From positions 29,113,629 to 29,177,628 of the forward strand of contig NC_069003.1 in the NCBI RefSeq assembly GCF_001194135.2: a stretch of DNA of 64,000 nucleotides, written 5' to 3'. Below the pieces are notes generated by a model that had not been told where the DNA came from, ran no database searches, and worked only from the letters and a program-made list of their open reading frames with translations. Numbering within the stretch: the first letter of the stretch is position 1; every line of letters begins with the position of its first letter. Source of the stretch: Octopus bimaculoides (Eukaryota). Below, in pieces: positions 1 to 13,194 of this stretch. The translations under genes were made by a program, and so were the position numbers.

Positions 1-553
1 ATATATATATATACGTGAAGAGGCGGTCACACAAACACAATATTTGTTTCATATGTCGTAGACATCAGAGAGTACAAGTGCATTCAGATACATAAGTGTG
101 TGTTCATCTATATATATATCCATTTGTCTAGCCATCCATCCCTTCATCCATCCGTCCGTCCTCTCAGTCTATCTGTAAGTCTGTCTATTTGATCCCCGAT
201 TTATGTGTATGTATGTATTTATGTACTTGTAAGTAGGGACGTAGAAATTCTCGTGTTGAGGTCCGAAAGCGGATTAATCCCACTGGGGACGAAGGAACCA
301 TGATCTTTGCCAAGACAACCTTCTAGAAGTAGTCTAACTCGTATATAAAGCGTGCTGCTCTACCGAGCCGGATGTCTTGCACTTAGCTTCTCTGTGCGCT
401 TCATGATATTGCTAGTGAGAAACGTTGTGGTTTTGTACAATTGGCACTCGACTTGTAACATTTGCATGGGCGTAGCTGGCACTGAATATCTTGGCTTTTG
501 TGCCAGCGATGATCATGCTCGCCCAACGATCACACAACCATCACACACAGCCA

Positions 554-593
<40 letters not shown>

Positions 594-1189
594 NNNNNNN
601 NNNCACACACACACACACACATACACACACACACACATCTATATAAGGAGTGTGCCCCTGTATAACTTTGATGACACGTTGTGCATTCAGTCACTGACAT
701 GTGAATGTACGTTGTCTGATCAATAACTATAGGAACTATTGCCATAGTAACGAACCTAAAGCCCGCAGAGTAAAACTGCTTCGTAGAGATTGACCATAAA
801 CACTGCTGTGCATGCGCATTGAATTTTAACGTTCTAGCTCATTTCCTTTTTTTACAGCAGTGCTTGATATTAACGTGTGTAACGTGTGACCGTCGCATTG
901 ACCACCACAAAGAAAGTTGAGCAGAGTATTTACATCGAGTTTTGCCAAAAGCTTGGCCATACTGGAACCCAAATGTAACTTCCGTACTTGCGTGCCGAAC
1001 AGCTTTACAGTTAATTCAAATTTATACAGCTTTATAAAACAGTGTCGCAATGGTTAAAATGTTCGCATCGCAATTTTGCGGTCTCAGTTTGATTCCCATG
1101 GTATGGCAAGTCGAATAAATAAATGTCTTTTACTACATGACTCTGTTGAACTCAGTCTTGGTGTAACTGGCGTTACAGACTTGGGTAAA

Positions 1190-1510
1190 TTCTGTCAGTT
1201 ACGATGACGAGGTTTTCATTCGACTCTGTGGGCAGACCAGCTTCCTCGAGAAATTGACGAGTAAATATGAGAGCACCCCATATAAACTCGTACCCTTAAC
1301 GTAGTTCCCAGGGATATTCGGTGTGACATAGTATGTGACTAATCTGACCCCTTTCAATTACAGGTACTACTTATTTTTGCCTGCAGGGTGGACCAGAATA
1401 ACGTGAAATAAAGTGTCTTGCTCGAGGACACAAAATCGCTGCCGGCAATTGAAATCAGTACCTTACGATCATGAGCCGAATACGCTAACCACTAAACCAC
1501 GCGCCTGCTT
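1190..1510 (-). mobile_element. tRNA-derived SINE (family A-like 3' half; Met-like head)
   Basis: Minus strand starts AGGCGCGTGGTTTAGTGGTTAGCG (A box) with a degenerate B box, followed by a TGTCCTCGAGCAAGACACTTTATTTCAC central motif. The 3' part aligns by eye with 61520-61700. Confidence 0.75.
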
Positions 1511-2859
1511 GGTGTATGAAATAACGCTTGTATAGGAAAGTTGTTTCGAAGTTAAATGGATTTTGGTTGAAAGTTTAAATTACATTCTCTTCCGACACGA
1601 TCACCTTTACCCCATCCGAGTATTACTTTTATTTAAGGTTAAACCTGCTCGGATTGTTCCGTGAGTCGGCATAGGGTGCTACTTGTTTCCGAAATGAATC
1701 ATTCGTAAACAAATAACTTGTTTAGGAAACATTATTGACTGTAAAAATGTGGATGGATGTGTATATGTTTTGACGTAATACAAATAATATAAAAGTTATT
1801 TTATACAAATCTTGTTTTTAGATAATGAGCTCCGGTTTGATATTTACACGGCATGTACATGAAGAATCTAATATTTATTATAGCATTTTAGTGATGTGAA
1901 TGTAAGGTTTGCTCACAAAGATTGCAATTCTACATAAAATAAATATAAATTGGCCTCCGCATCTCACATTTAAATGTTTATGGCGAAGTTGATTATAAAA
2001 TCAATATTTCAAATGTTTAGCATACCTTTTATTGTGTGCCTGTAATAATTTGACTTGCTGTGATAAAGAGATCATGCTATGTACAATTAATATAAAACGT
2101 ATGCAAAATGTAATAACTATCGGTACACATTTAGACTTGGTTGTATTCATCACTGGAAGACTTGCATAAAAGACTCACACATATAGTCAAACGTATACAC
2201 CCATACACACAAGCACACACGCACATACATACATAAATCCATACATGCATACATACAAACATGCATACATACATATGTACGTACGTACATATATATCTAT
2301 ATATTTACAAATTTATAATTAATATTTTCTAAATTAAGATTATTAGATTAAATCAGTTTCCCAATCCATTTTCAATTTTCTGTTACAATTACACTGTTTT
2401 TCTATATTTGTTTATAGCTAAACGATATAAGGCCATTAAACTAATAATGCTCAATTTTAAGTTCTGATTTATTTTCCTAACATTTTTAAACAAATCAAGA
2501 CATCAAAGTAAGTTTAAAGGTTTAATTAATATGTACGCATTGCTCATTGTTTTATTTGTTTATTTCTTGTACCGCTTATATTAAATATTATTTATTGAAT
2601 ATTCATTTATTCCTGTTCAGAAAAATAATTTCAATGTTTATTGGAAAGAGATAAATACTTTTAAAAATATTTAACGTTCAATTTTCATTTTAATTCCTTA
2701 ATCAGTGTGATTGGCTTTGACTATTGCTTTATGCCTATAAAAAAGAAGGGAAAAAAACAGTGCTATATTAATCTTCACCAAAGACCTAGCAGTAGCAGGT
2801 GGGGATAGATAGGTGCTGGATGAAATTTACGTCTCACGATCACATATTATTATCCGATC

Positions 2860-2990
2860 AGAAATCTCTACGGTTACCAACTATCCAATTTCACTCATAA
2901 ATCGTGGCTCAGCCAGAGACTACAGTTGAAGATAGTTGTTTAAACTCCGGCAGTATAAAATCTTTATAGGAACCGCATTAACTCCCTTGC
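2860..2990 (-). mobile_element. degenerate SINE family C 5' fragment
   Basis: Resembles the ctaccaaatccactcac...gaagacacttgc...ggaacc segment seen at 60330-60470 and 62630-62730. Confidence 0.5.
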
Positions 2991-3554
2991 GAACTTTATA
3001 AACATACATCTAAGTATGCACCCAGTTTGACTTTATATCTTTTATGCATATAATCTGGAAATATTGGTGCAAAGTGACATAATTTGCTATGAATTTCCAT
3101 ATTCATTTACTTCACTATAATCTGAAAATGAGGGACAAAATATCTTTCGCACTATATTTACACAGTAAAGAAATTGAAAATATGCTTGTGGAACAACTTT
3201 TCCATTAAACTTATTACTGAGTATGTTAATAATGTCTCATCACATTAACGAAACATTGCCAGTGCGGTTGGATAGCTTTTATTATTGTTTTGTATACCAC
3301 AAGTAATTATGCAGTACATCTTTTAGGGTAAAGACTATTTCGTCCTTCTATGACCATCCTATTACAAGATGATCCATTGTGGGATCGAGCTCAGAATCAC
3401 TTTTGCCCCAGTGAAAGGTAGATCACTTTATTTTACCAACACAGGATTTATTTGCTGAATTATTAAATGATTGGCAAAGTAGCATTTCCTCTTTCTAAGA
3501 TAAGTAGAGTACAGTATCACCGAACTATCTTATATTTATAGCATAAATCAAGAT

Positions 3555-4547
3555 TTATTCATCCCAGGAAATCCTGTGATTATTTCTGTCAATTTCTAAA
3601 TGTTTTATCATTATGAATACTGTATTTTCTGACATATAGACCGAAGTTTTACAATGAAATATACAGCCAAAAAAGGTATGTCGAATTAAGCAAGATGACT
3701 TTGGAGGACCAACAATTCCGTGTGAAATGTAACAGGATTTAGAAAGATAGTGACTACGTCGACTCCCAATACAAAACAATACGGTGTCCATCCGTGAAGT
3801 GTCGTTACTGAGAATGTATCATTTTGTTTTAAAATAAATAACATGGGCATGTTTGAACACATGAGTTCAATAAAGGCAACAACGCAACGGTTCGTACGAG
3901 GAATATTAATGCAGTATTTGGGGATCAGACAATAAGCGTAAGCCAGGTTTAACAAAAATTACGAACCTAGAAGACGAGTCTCGAAGACAAGCCTAGAACA
4001 TTAGCCTCGTTGTGGAAGATCTATAGAGCACAACGAGGATATCCTACAAACCCTGGTGGAACAAAATCCCAACGTAACTGTTGAGGAACCAGCAGAGAAG
4101 CTTGGATTTGGTCATTCAATCAGTCATCGACGCTAGAAGGAAAATGACCATCTTTGGTTTCATGACGAAAGGTGTTCTACCATCAGGACAATGCTCGGCC
4201 ACATACAACGAAGATGACATTCCAAAGGTTGTAGTCGTTTGAATAGGAACCGATACCCCACCCACCATATTTGCTGGACATTGCTCCATCTGATTATCAT
4301 TTATTCCGAAATCTTCAAAATCATTTGGACGGAAGACATATCAATTGTGCAGTACTGATGGAGTATTTTTCGTCACAGACAAGTGAAGTTTGGAAGAGGG
4401 GTCTTGCATGTCTACCAGATAGATGGAAGGAGCATTGTAGGAAAAGAAAGAGATTTATTTTAGATTAAAAAAAAAAATTTATCATATTTGAGAAAAACAA
4501 AAGAAGCATTAAAAAAAAACTGCATTATTTATAGGATGACCCAATAC
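3555..4547 (+). mobile_element. mariner (Tc1/mariner) transposon, decayed and internally deleted
   Basis: Frameshifted translation gives the HTH region HEFNKGNNATVRTRNINAVFGDQTISVSQ and LQTLVEQNPNVTVEE, then the catalytic motifs YHQDNARPHT and DIAPSDYHLFRNLQNHLDG, and C-terminal RGLACLPDRWK. The 3' TIR-like end is ctgcattatttataggatgacccaata (about 4520-4546); the 5' TIR is degenerate. Confidence 0.92.
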
Positions 4548-5319
4548 ATTGTCTTTAATAATGTTGAAGAATGTTTAAATTCTATTATCATTTAGAAACT
4601 GCACTCGCACGATAGAATACCGTTGAGCGTTTATACGGGAAATCATTTCTAAAGGTACTCTATGGCATGTATGAAAATTGACCGGTTCAAATATTGAAGA
4701 CTTAGTAATGTAATTTATCTTCTTCCTCAGCTTTAGATTTACTGTAGCTTAATCTCTCGGGTTGCATATCAGAAAGTATGGAATAAAATTAAACATCGTT
4801 ACTGGTATTTGAAACAATGGTCACGAAATGCATACTGATAAGAGCAAAAGTTGATGCACTAGGAAACTTTGAACACTTTTATGAAGTCTGCGGTTATCTG
4901 AACTGATATACACCGTCGCAATTAACATAATGAAGATATCATAGTCCATTATGGGCGTCCATGGTGAACTATGATACCTTCATTATAGTTTTGATATTGA
5001 TGGCGTGGCAATCCGGATTGATTTGTAATTCTTCGTGTAGGTCTCAACTCAAAATCACAACAGCTTCATTCTGTTCTTTACAATTGAATCAGAGTCCGTG
5101 TTTTGAAGAACGCCTCATGCTTTCATCGCGAGTAATTTGAAATTTTAAACACAACTATCGACATCTCTTTCAATCTCACTCGCTCATTCGCTTTTCTGTT
5201 CGTTTAGCGTCTTGCTAATTTGAGAACACAGATTTCGTCGTAGGATGGTTTGACATGCATCTTTAGCATACAAGGGATCCATTCTTATATACATACATAC
5301 ATGCATACATACATACATA

Positions 5320-5423
<104 letters not shown>

Positions 5424-5689
5424 GATGGATAGATAGATAGATAAATTTATGGATAGATTGATAGATTTCTGTTGAATTAGCAAAAGCGACGAATTACAGT
5501 ATTCAATACAAATGTTGAGTGTTCTATAATACATTAGAACTGAAAAACTCTGATTTACAGCAATCAGAGTTATTCATCTGAAACCGTCAACCGGTAAACA
5601 CACCCACACTTATACACATGCAATCATACACACAAGAAGGTGTGTGAGGCTCCGAAAGTAATGCAAAAGCGGTAATAGTTTTATTATTA

Positions 5690-6136
5690 TTATTATTTTA
5701 TGTTTGACTTTTGTTTTGCATTTGTACAAGTTGGATCCAAGTCTCACCCAGAGACCTCAAGAGACAACAAGTTAGAAGTTCATGTAGGTGTTATGCCTAG
5801 GGTACCATATATTTGGATTTGTACAGTTTTGTTCAAGTGAATGTTTAAGAAACCATAAGAAAATTATGTTTGCTTTAAAATTTGAGATCACATAGACAGT
5901 ATTTTACGTAGGATATGGGCAGTTCCCATGAGCACTATCTTTTGAACTTCAGCCATTTTGGGGTTTCCTGGAATCTGATCTAGGTAGTAATCAGCCCGTT
6001 TCGCTGTCATTCCCAGGGCACCTATGACAATAGGTATTGTTTTCGTCTTCAGATTCCACATTTTGCTAATTTCTATTTCAAGATCTTTATATTTGCTCAG
6101 TTTTTGGTAGGTCTTGAAAGATACGTTTATATCGAT
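5690..6136 (-). mobile_element. 5'-truncated non-LTR retrotransposon 3' end, RLE-type (HERO/NeSL/R4-like) endonuclease C-terminus plus 3' UTR
   Basis: Uninterrupted frame 6136->5888 reads IDINVSFKTYQKLSKYKDLEIEISKMWNLKTKTIPIVIGALGMTAKRADYYLDQIPGNPKMAEVQKIVLMGTAHILRKILSM*. The 3' UTR end matches 14247-14330. (ATT)n flanks both sides. Confidence 0.9.
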
Positions 6137-6517
6137 TTATTATTATTATTATTATTATTATAATTACTGATATATATATACGCTGTCTGAATATTTTGTG
6201 ACATGAAATGAAATTTTCAAAGAAATACTTATCGGTACGTTGTTACGTTTAAAAACCCTTGTGAACGACTGGAGCGAAAACAGTTGCATCGGACTGAAGC
6301 CTCTCATTTCATTTCTTGTTCTGGTGATAATATTATTATAAATGTCATAAACTCCACACAGTTGAAGTCATGAAATGATGGTGTTGTTTAAACAATGTTC
6401 GCAGATAATACTTTTACTTAGTACTTATATTTTATACAAAAGATATTCTCACGCACAAAGACATGTGCATCTGTGTGTATGCATATACGTGTGTGTACAT
6501 GCATCCTTATATGTGTT

Positions 6518-6554
<37 letters not shown>

Positions 6555-7105
6555 TCATTTATTTCTAAAATTCAAGTTGTAAGACCGTTGCTCACTGGAT
6601 TAATTTAAGTGGTGAATTTAATCCCGACCGTCTTAATTCTGGATCGAATTAGCGCTTGCGCTCTATTAAATCGATTACAATCACAACACATGTTGAAATA
6701 CTATTTACGTTTTACAAGACAAATGTTAATATTTTTCAAATTCTCAACCATGTGATGTCTTAAGAGAAATGGGGAACTTCTATGTAGTAATACGGAAGGT
6801 TATTTAAACTTCTTACTTTCTGAGAAGGTCTCGTTAAGATTAAGTCTGCTTTACATTACCAGCTAACTAGTAAGTGCCTGTGTGGTCGCTTGACTTGTTT
6901 TAGGTAGCAGTCAAATTTCTCGTTGATTCATAATATACGTTCTTAAAAGCACAGAACAATATAATTATATTCTGTTAAGTATGTAATATCTGAACGAAAG
7001 ATGGGTTCACCCTGGTGGGAACGGATCTGTTATTGTTCTCTCTCAGTAACAGCTGACCTAAAGCCAGTTAAGAACAATAACAATAACAATATAAAAGGCG
7101 CATCG

Positions 7106-7300
7106 TAAGGTGGGGAGCTGTCACGATCGTTACCGCGCTGGGAAAAGTGCTTGACAGCATTTATTCCGACTTTACGCTTTGAGTTCAAATGCCTTTTATC
7201 CTTTCGGGTTCGATAAAGTAAGATCCGGTTGAATACTGAGGTCTACTTAATCGACTACCACTTCCGTCGAAATTCCTGGCCTTGTGCCAAAATTTAAGGT
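7106..7300 (+). mobile_element. tRNA-derived SINE family B
   Basis: Head ggggagctgtcacgatcgtta, B box GAGTTCAAAT, body cctttcgggttcgataaa, tail ctggccttgtgccaaaattt. Confidence 0.8.
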
Positions 7301-8236
7301 AAATATGAAATGCGTATCGACTGCTGAGAAATAACAGCAAGATCACACTCGTATAAATCTCCACTTTCTTAAGTAAAGATGAGCTATATTGAAAACGCAA
7401 GTTGCTTTTTGAATCAAATTCACAAAACCGTTATTGTCATAAACGGAACTTCATTTCGACCATCGGTCTAGCAGATTGGGGTTCAGCTCCGACTCACTAG
7501 CAAAACCAACAGCAACGAACAATACATTATTTAGTGCACGGGCAGCATAAATGTACATCACTATACATTATTGCTATCACCATCAATGCTGATGTTCCGT
7601 TACTATCAAACTACCACCATCGCTAACGAGCACAACTAAAACAACAAAGTTGAAAATCGAAACGCGATTATCAATTAAGTAACGAATGATATAAACAATC
7701 ATAAGGAGACATTAGTATGAGTATTAAGTTGTATCATTCTGACAGTAACATAACATCAAAGTAATTAACACCCATGCTTGCAGTTACTATAGCAACTGTC
7801 ACCGGCAATTACTTAAATCACATTATACTCCACAGTGATAAAGGAATTAAGAATATAACAATGAAACAGATGGGAGAAAATAATAAATAAAAGCAATATA
7901 TATATATAAGGAAAGAGATAGGGATAGAGAGAGACAGAAAGAGAGGCGTGCGTACTTGGATAACTCTATGTGTGTGCATAGTCGTGTTTTAGTGTGTGAG
8001 GAAACGTGATTGCTTAATTATTTTGAAATTTCAACACATCTCCGTACTTTTTTCTGAAATTCCCGATTTCCGAGCCTCCGGCTATCTGCTTAGCTGTAGT
8101 TTATTTCTACTTGCCAGCTCTGACGTATTTAGACTGACTATAAAAAGTCGTTTTGGCCTCACACAAACATGTGCATTCTATTACAAAATATGTTTTCCTG
8201 TGTTAGTTGGGATATGAACGAATAGATGCATACATA

Positions 8237-8284
<48 letters not shown>

Positions 8285-10999
8285 CACATATATACATAGG
8301 CATACATATACATATATTTATATGTATATATGTATANNNNNNNNNNNNNNNNNNNNNNNNNNNNNNNNNNNNNNNNNNNNNNNNNNNNNNNNNNNNNNNN
8401 NNNNNNNNNNNNNNNNNNNNNNNNNNNNNNNNNNNNNNNNNNNNNNNNNNNNNNNNNNNNNNNNNNNNNNNNNNNNNNNNNNNNNNNNNNNNNNNNNNNN
8501 NNNNNNNNNNNNNNNNNNNNNNNNNNNNNNNNNNNNNNNNNNNNNNNNNNNNNNNNNNNNNNNNNNNNNNNNNNNNNNNNNNNNNNNNNNNNNNNNNNNN
8601 NNNNNNNNNNNNNNNNNNNNNNNNNNNNNNNNNNNNNNNNNNNNNNNNNNNNNNNNNNNNNNNNNNNNNNNNNNNNNNNNNNNNNNNNNNNNNNNNATAT
8701 ATATATATATATATATAGTAATCTCTCGCCATATCGTTCAGTTTTTTTTACTTATCTGAGACTTTACACTTGTCTACAAGTTTAATGTCATTTCCGCGAA
8801 CAGTCTGTAGGATTCTGAGGACACTGAAAAAGAACCTGTACACTTCCAAGTACAACATTTCAATAAAGAGCAGTTGCTTCTGGTTCAAGTCAAGCGTATT
8901 CTTCCATTGAAGAAAAAAGTGGAAGAATTCCTTTAGAGGACGAATTACTCTACCGCTATGTACAATATCAACGGCCTGTGTCTCTTAACAAAATTTATGT
9001 CCATTTTTCTCTTTTGTAATATTTTCGGTACTTCCTTCGCGTGGAGGTGTCTGTGTGTGGGAGAGATACAGAGTAAACACACACGTACGCACAACACAGA
9101 CGCACACAGAAATACACATACATACACTACACGCATGTATGTATGGTATGCATGATTGTATGTGCGTATGTATATGTATTTACATACAGAGATACGTAGA
9201 TACATGCACAAAGACACACAAACACACATGCAAAAACACGAGCACTCTCCACCCAAACACACATACTCATACACACACACGCGCACAATCACGAACACAC
9301 ACACACGCGCACAATCACGAACACACACACACGCGCACATATATTCTTACAAACTAACAGCAATTATAAAAAGCTTCGTCACCAACATTTTTTTCTTTAT
9401 GATATTTCTGGATTTCATGTTCCTGTCCTGATATTCTTTGACTGGTTTCAGTAACAGATATGATTCCATGGAACTGCACCGCTTTCAAATGGCTTAGTCA
9501 ATCATGTCGGCGACTGATCTCATTTCAGTCTGGTTCATATTTATCGATCTTTTTTTAATCGAATGGCTATACTTTTTGGAATTTGGCATAAAGATCGCAT
9601 TTCCACACACAAGGTTTGCATCGTCGTACACCTCTACAATCATAGACACGTCTACAATATAATGCGTGTGCGAGTGTCCGTGTACATGTATGTATTTGTA
9701 TGCATGCATTTATACATATGTTTATTTATACATACATACATACACACACACGTATACATGCGTCATACATATACACACACACACACATACACACACACAC
9801 AAACACAGACACACAGACACACACACGCACTCGCACGCACACACACACACATATATATATAGATNNNNNNNNNNNNNNNNNNNNNNNNNNNNNNNNNNNN
9901 NNNNNNNNNNNNNNNNNNNNNNNNNNNNNNNNNNNNNNNNNNNNNNNNNNNNNNNNNNNNNNNNNNNNNNNNNNNNNNNNNNNNNNNNNNNNNNNNNNNN
10001 NNNNNNNNNNNNNNNNNNNNNNNNNNNNNNNNATAGGACAAGCTTCAAACACTCGTCAGGAGCAAGATAGCTGCGATTTAAGCTGTCTTTCTATTTTAAC
10101 TTTTGAAAATCAGAATAAGATGTGAAACTCGTTAATCTTTACATGTAATAAAAACATATATGGACTATTCTCAGTGCATTTTTAACTTCTGCTTTTTCCA
10201 ATATTTCTACCCGTGTGTAATAAAATAACTTTGTTTTTTATATACATACATGCATATATACATACATATGACAGTTTTTGTCTGCCAAATATTTTTCACA
10301 TGGTGTTATTTATCAAATTGATGCGAGAATAAGCTGTTTTTTTTCTCCATTAAATTTTATTGCCGCGCACATATAAAAGAATCTGTTGGTACATGATTGA
10401 GAAATGCGTATCTTAGGCGCTGAGTTCTCACTGTCTCCATTAGTCCGTAATTACTACTGACTACGTTCTGAAGATACCATGTTATAGCAAAATGTAATAT
10501 ACAACCACATAATTGCGCAAGTTGCTTTGCTTTCTCTCTCATAAAGCTATACTTTCATCAAATGCTGCTTTACATCCAAACTGATTTGTTATAATGTCTG
10601 AAACATCAATGAAGATGTAATTTTCGACAGGGGAAGCGGTTTCTCAATTTTCATAACAACGTTAGCGTCACATACCATGAAAACGTCAAGAATTATTAAA
10701 TCTAGTCAAGCAGGAATTGGAATTATGTCGGTGAAACAATTAAGCATTCTGAAAGTGACCTTTTATACCATTTAGTTTCCTATATTTCTATTTTATTCTT
10801 TCAACATATATATCGTATTATCTTCAGGTAAATTACTTATCCGAAATTTCGTACGTACATGCATTAGTAATGATCACTATAGGAACAAAAGTTAGATTCA
10901 ATTCTAACTAATAATATTCTCTTCATAAATGTAACAGCGTTGTTAGGAATAAGAACAAGAAGCGATAACCATTTCTGGTGTTTATTACCTTTTCGCTTT

Positions 11000-11400
11000 T
11001 ACTTGCTGTATTCATTGGACCGCGTCCAAGATAGGAACAACGCCATGAAGGGTTAGTCGAACAAATCACCCCCACCCCACCCCAGTGCTTATATTTTAGA
11101 TTTGGTTCTCTTCTCTTCTGTTGGTTTCTTTTTCGCCGAACTGCTAAATTAGGGGCTGGGGCGTCAACAAATCAACACAGATTGTAAAAACGGGGTTGGG
11201 GCACAATTCAAAACATAATGCGAAATACACACGCACGCGCACGACATAAATATGCTGGACTCTTTCAGTGTCAATCTACCAAATCTACAGTTAATCTCTG
11301 GTCGGCCCAGGGTTATAGTAGAAAACCTTCCTCCAAGGTTATGAACCCGAAATCTTGTGTTTGGAAACCAAACTTCTTACCACACAACCACACCGAAAAT
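11000..11400 (-). mobile_element. SINE family C, degenerate
   Basis: 3' part (gttagtcgaacaaatc...gaactgctaaatt) and 5' part (ctaccaaatctac...gaacccgaaatc...cttcttaccacacaacc) match other family C copies. Confidence 0.7.
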
Positions 11401-11482
11401 ATTTAAACTTATTTTCTTCATAGATTAAAAAGCGACGTTAACAATTACAAAGAGAGCAATAGCTATTTCTAATAAATGCGTA

Positions 11483-11700
11483 AGGGCAGCGAGCTTGCAC
11501 AATCGTTAGCATACCGGGCGAAATACTTAACCGTTTTTCATCCGTCTTTACGATCTGACTTCAAATTGCGCCGAGGTTGACTTTGCCTTTCATCCTTCCG
11601 AGGTCGTTAAAATAAATACCAGTTTAACAGCGGGGTCAATGTAATCGACTCAAGCTCTCCCCGAAAATTTCTGGTACATAACTGGTAATTTAACTTATCA
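11483..11700 (+). mobile_element. SINE family B
   Basis: gcagcgagcttgcacaatcgttagc...ttcaaattgcgccgaggttgactttgcctttcatcc...ggggtcaatgtaatcgact. Confidence 0.85.
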
Positions 11701-11836
11701 ATCTCAACAAGAGAAAAGCAAAATTAATACGGGCGGCAAGCGAACTGATAACACGGAATCAGTATGTTAACAGCTCCTTTAACTAATTTATCGACTTGAC
11801 ACCTTAAAACTAATTGTAATATTCTTGTGAATTGTG

Positions 11837-12068
11837 AGGCGGCGATCTGACTGAATTGTTAGCACGCCGGGTGGATTGCTTAGCGATTATTTAATCCGTC
11901 TTCATGTTTAGGGTTCAAATTCCGCCGAGGTCGATTTTTAAATTTTTTATCCTTTCGCTGTATACAAAATAAGTACTAGTCGTATTATTGGTGGTGGTAG
12001 GTGGTAAATGTAATCTACATATCCCCTCCCGCAAATTTGCTAGTATTGTGATAAAATTTGAAACCGAT
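11837..12068 (+). mobile_element. SINE family B
   Basis: ggcggcgatctgactgaattgttagcacgccggg...gggttcaaattccgccgaggtcga...aaaatttgaaacc. Confidence 0.85.
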
Positions 12069-12074
12069 ATTCTG

Positions 12075-12255
12075 TTCAGAGGAGTCGTGATGTCGTTTAC
12101 ATTGTTTCCAGTATTGATTCCAGTATTTATTTTATCGATCCCGAACGGATGAAAAGCAACATCGATGGATTTACAGCTCAGAAACTTAAGAAGTCGGAAG
12201 AAAGAAATGCCTCTAGTCATTTTGTCCGACTTGTCAACAATTCTTCCACCTCACC
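12075..12255 (-). mobile_element. SINE family B, inverted relative to 11837-12068
   Basis: tttatcgatcccgaacggatgaaaagcaac...gaaatgc...ttcttccacctcacc is the reverse complement of the family B body and head. Confidence 0.75.
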
Positions 12256-12731
12256 ATCTTGATAATAATATTTCAAAAATTGCCTTACATATGTGAATAA
12301 TAGACATGTTAGAAAGATGCAGCAAAAAAAGTATATGGAAATGTACAACTAAGTTATATAAGACATGGAGAGGGCCGAGACGATACGCAATATATTTCTT
12401 TAAATTTTATAGAACAGAGGTTTTTAATAATACATAACTTGCTTATATAACTCAACAAACCGCCATCTGCTTTCTTTATCTTTTCCTACTGATTGTCCAA
12501 TAATTCGTTAGTGTTTGTATCATCGTGTCTTTTTTGTTGTTATTGCAAAATTTATTTGAATTCTCTTAAAATCTGGTTCTTATTTCTGTCACAATACAAT
12601 TTTCATTTATTTTTCTACTTGTAAGTAGCATATATCCGTTGGAAAAATTGATTTGCTTGTCATTTTTATTTATTCTGTTCACTACATTTAATTCGTGATT
12701 GCAAACTTTTCCATATTCGAGGGCGTTCCTG

Positions 12732-12846
12732 TACTAAGTAGGTGTGACGTTATTTTATGAGTGGTTTTCTTCACAAATTTAAATATTTTCCCAAAATTAC
12801 GAGAAAATATATATACAATTAAAATCCTGTCCAACCTACTTAAGTA
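12732..12846. mobile_element. small MITE-like element with imperfect ~27-bp terminal inverted repeats
   Basis: Left tactaagtaggtgtgacgttattttat versus reverse complement of the right end, tacttaagtaggttggacaggattttaa. Confidence 0.45.
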
Positions 12847-12952
12847 GAAAGTCCGTACTTATTAATATGTAACATCTAATTTTCCCTTGCTAAAATTCCA
12901 GAAGACTGAGAGATTGCGACAAAGAAGTTTTACCGTTGAAATAAGATATTAC

Positions 12953-13160
12953 TGGTTTCAAATTTTGGCACAAGTCCAGAAATTCTGGAAACGATTTCAG
13001 TCTACTGTATCACCCTAGTGCTCAAGTACTGGGGAACTTATCTAATCCGAATGGATGAAAGACAAAATCGGTCGCGAGGTAATCTGAACTCAGAATGTAA
13101 GGCAGAAGAAATGCTGCTAAGAATTTTCCTCGGTGTGCTAACGATTCTTCCAATTCGCCG
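12953..13160 (-). mobile_element. SINE family B
   Basis: ggtttcaaattttggcacaag...gaatggatgaaagacaaaatcgg...tgaactcagaatg...gctaacgattcttccaattcgccgc. Confidence 0.85.
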
Positions 13161-13194
13161 CTTTGTATACATCAGTAATAATTAATAGAATCCA

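Noticed and set aside
255-295. GTCC...GGAC-GAAG segment resembling a hammerhead stem II
   Set aside because: It has GAAG instead of GAAA, no CUGANGA core and no stem I.
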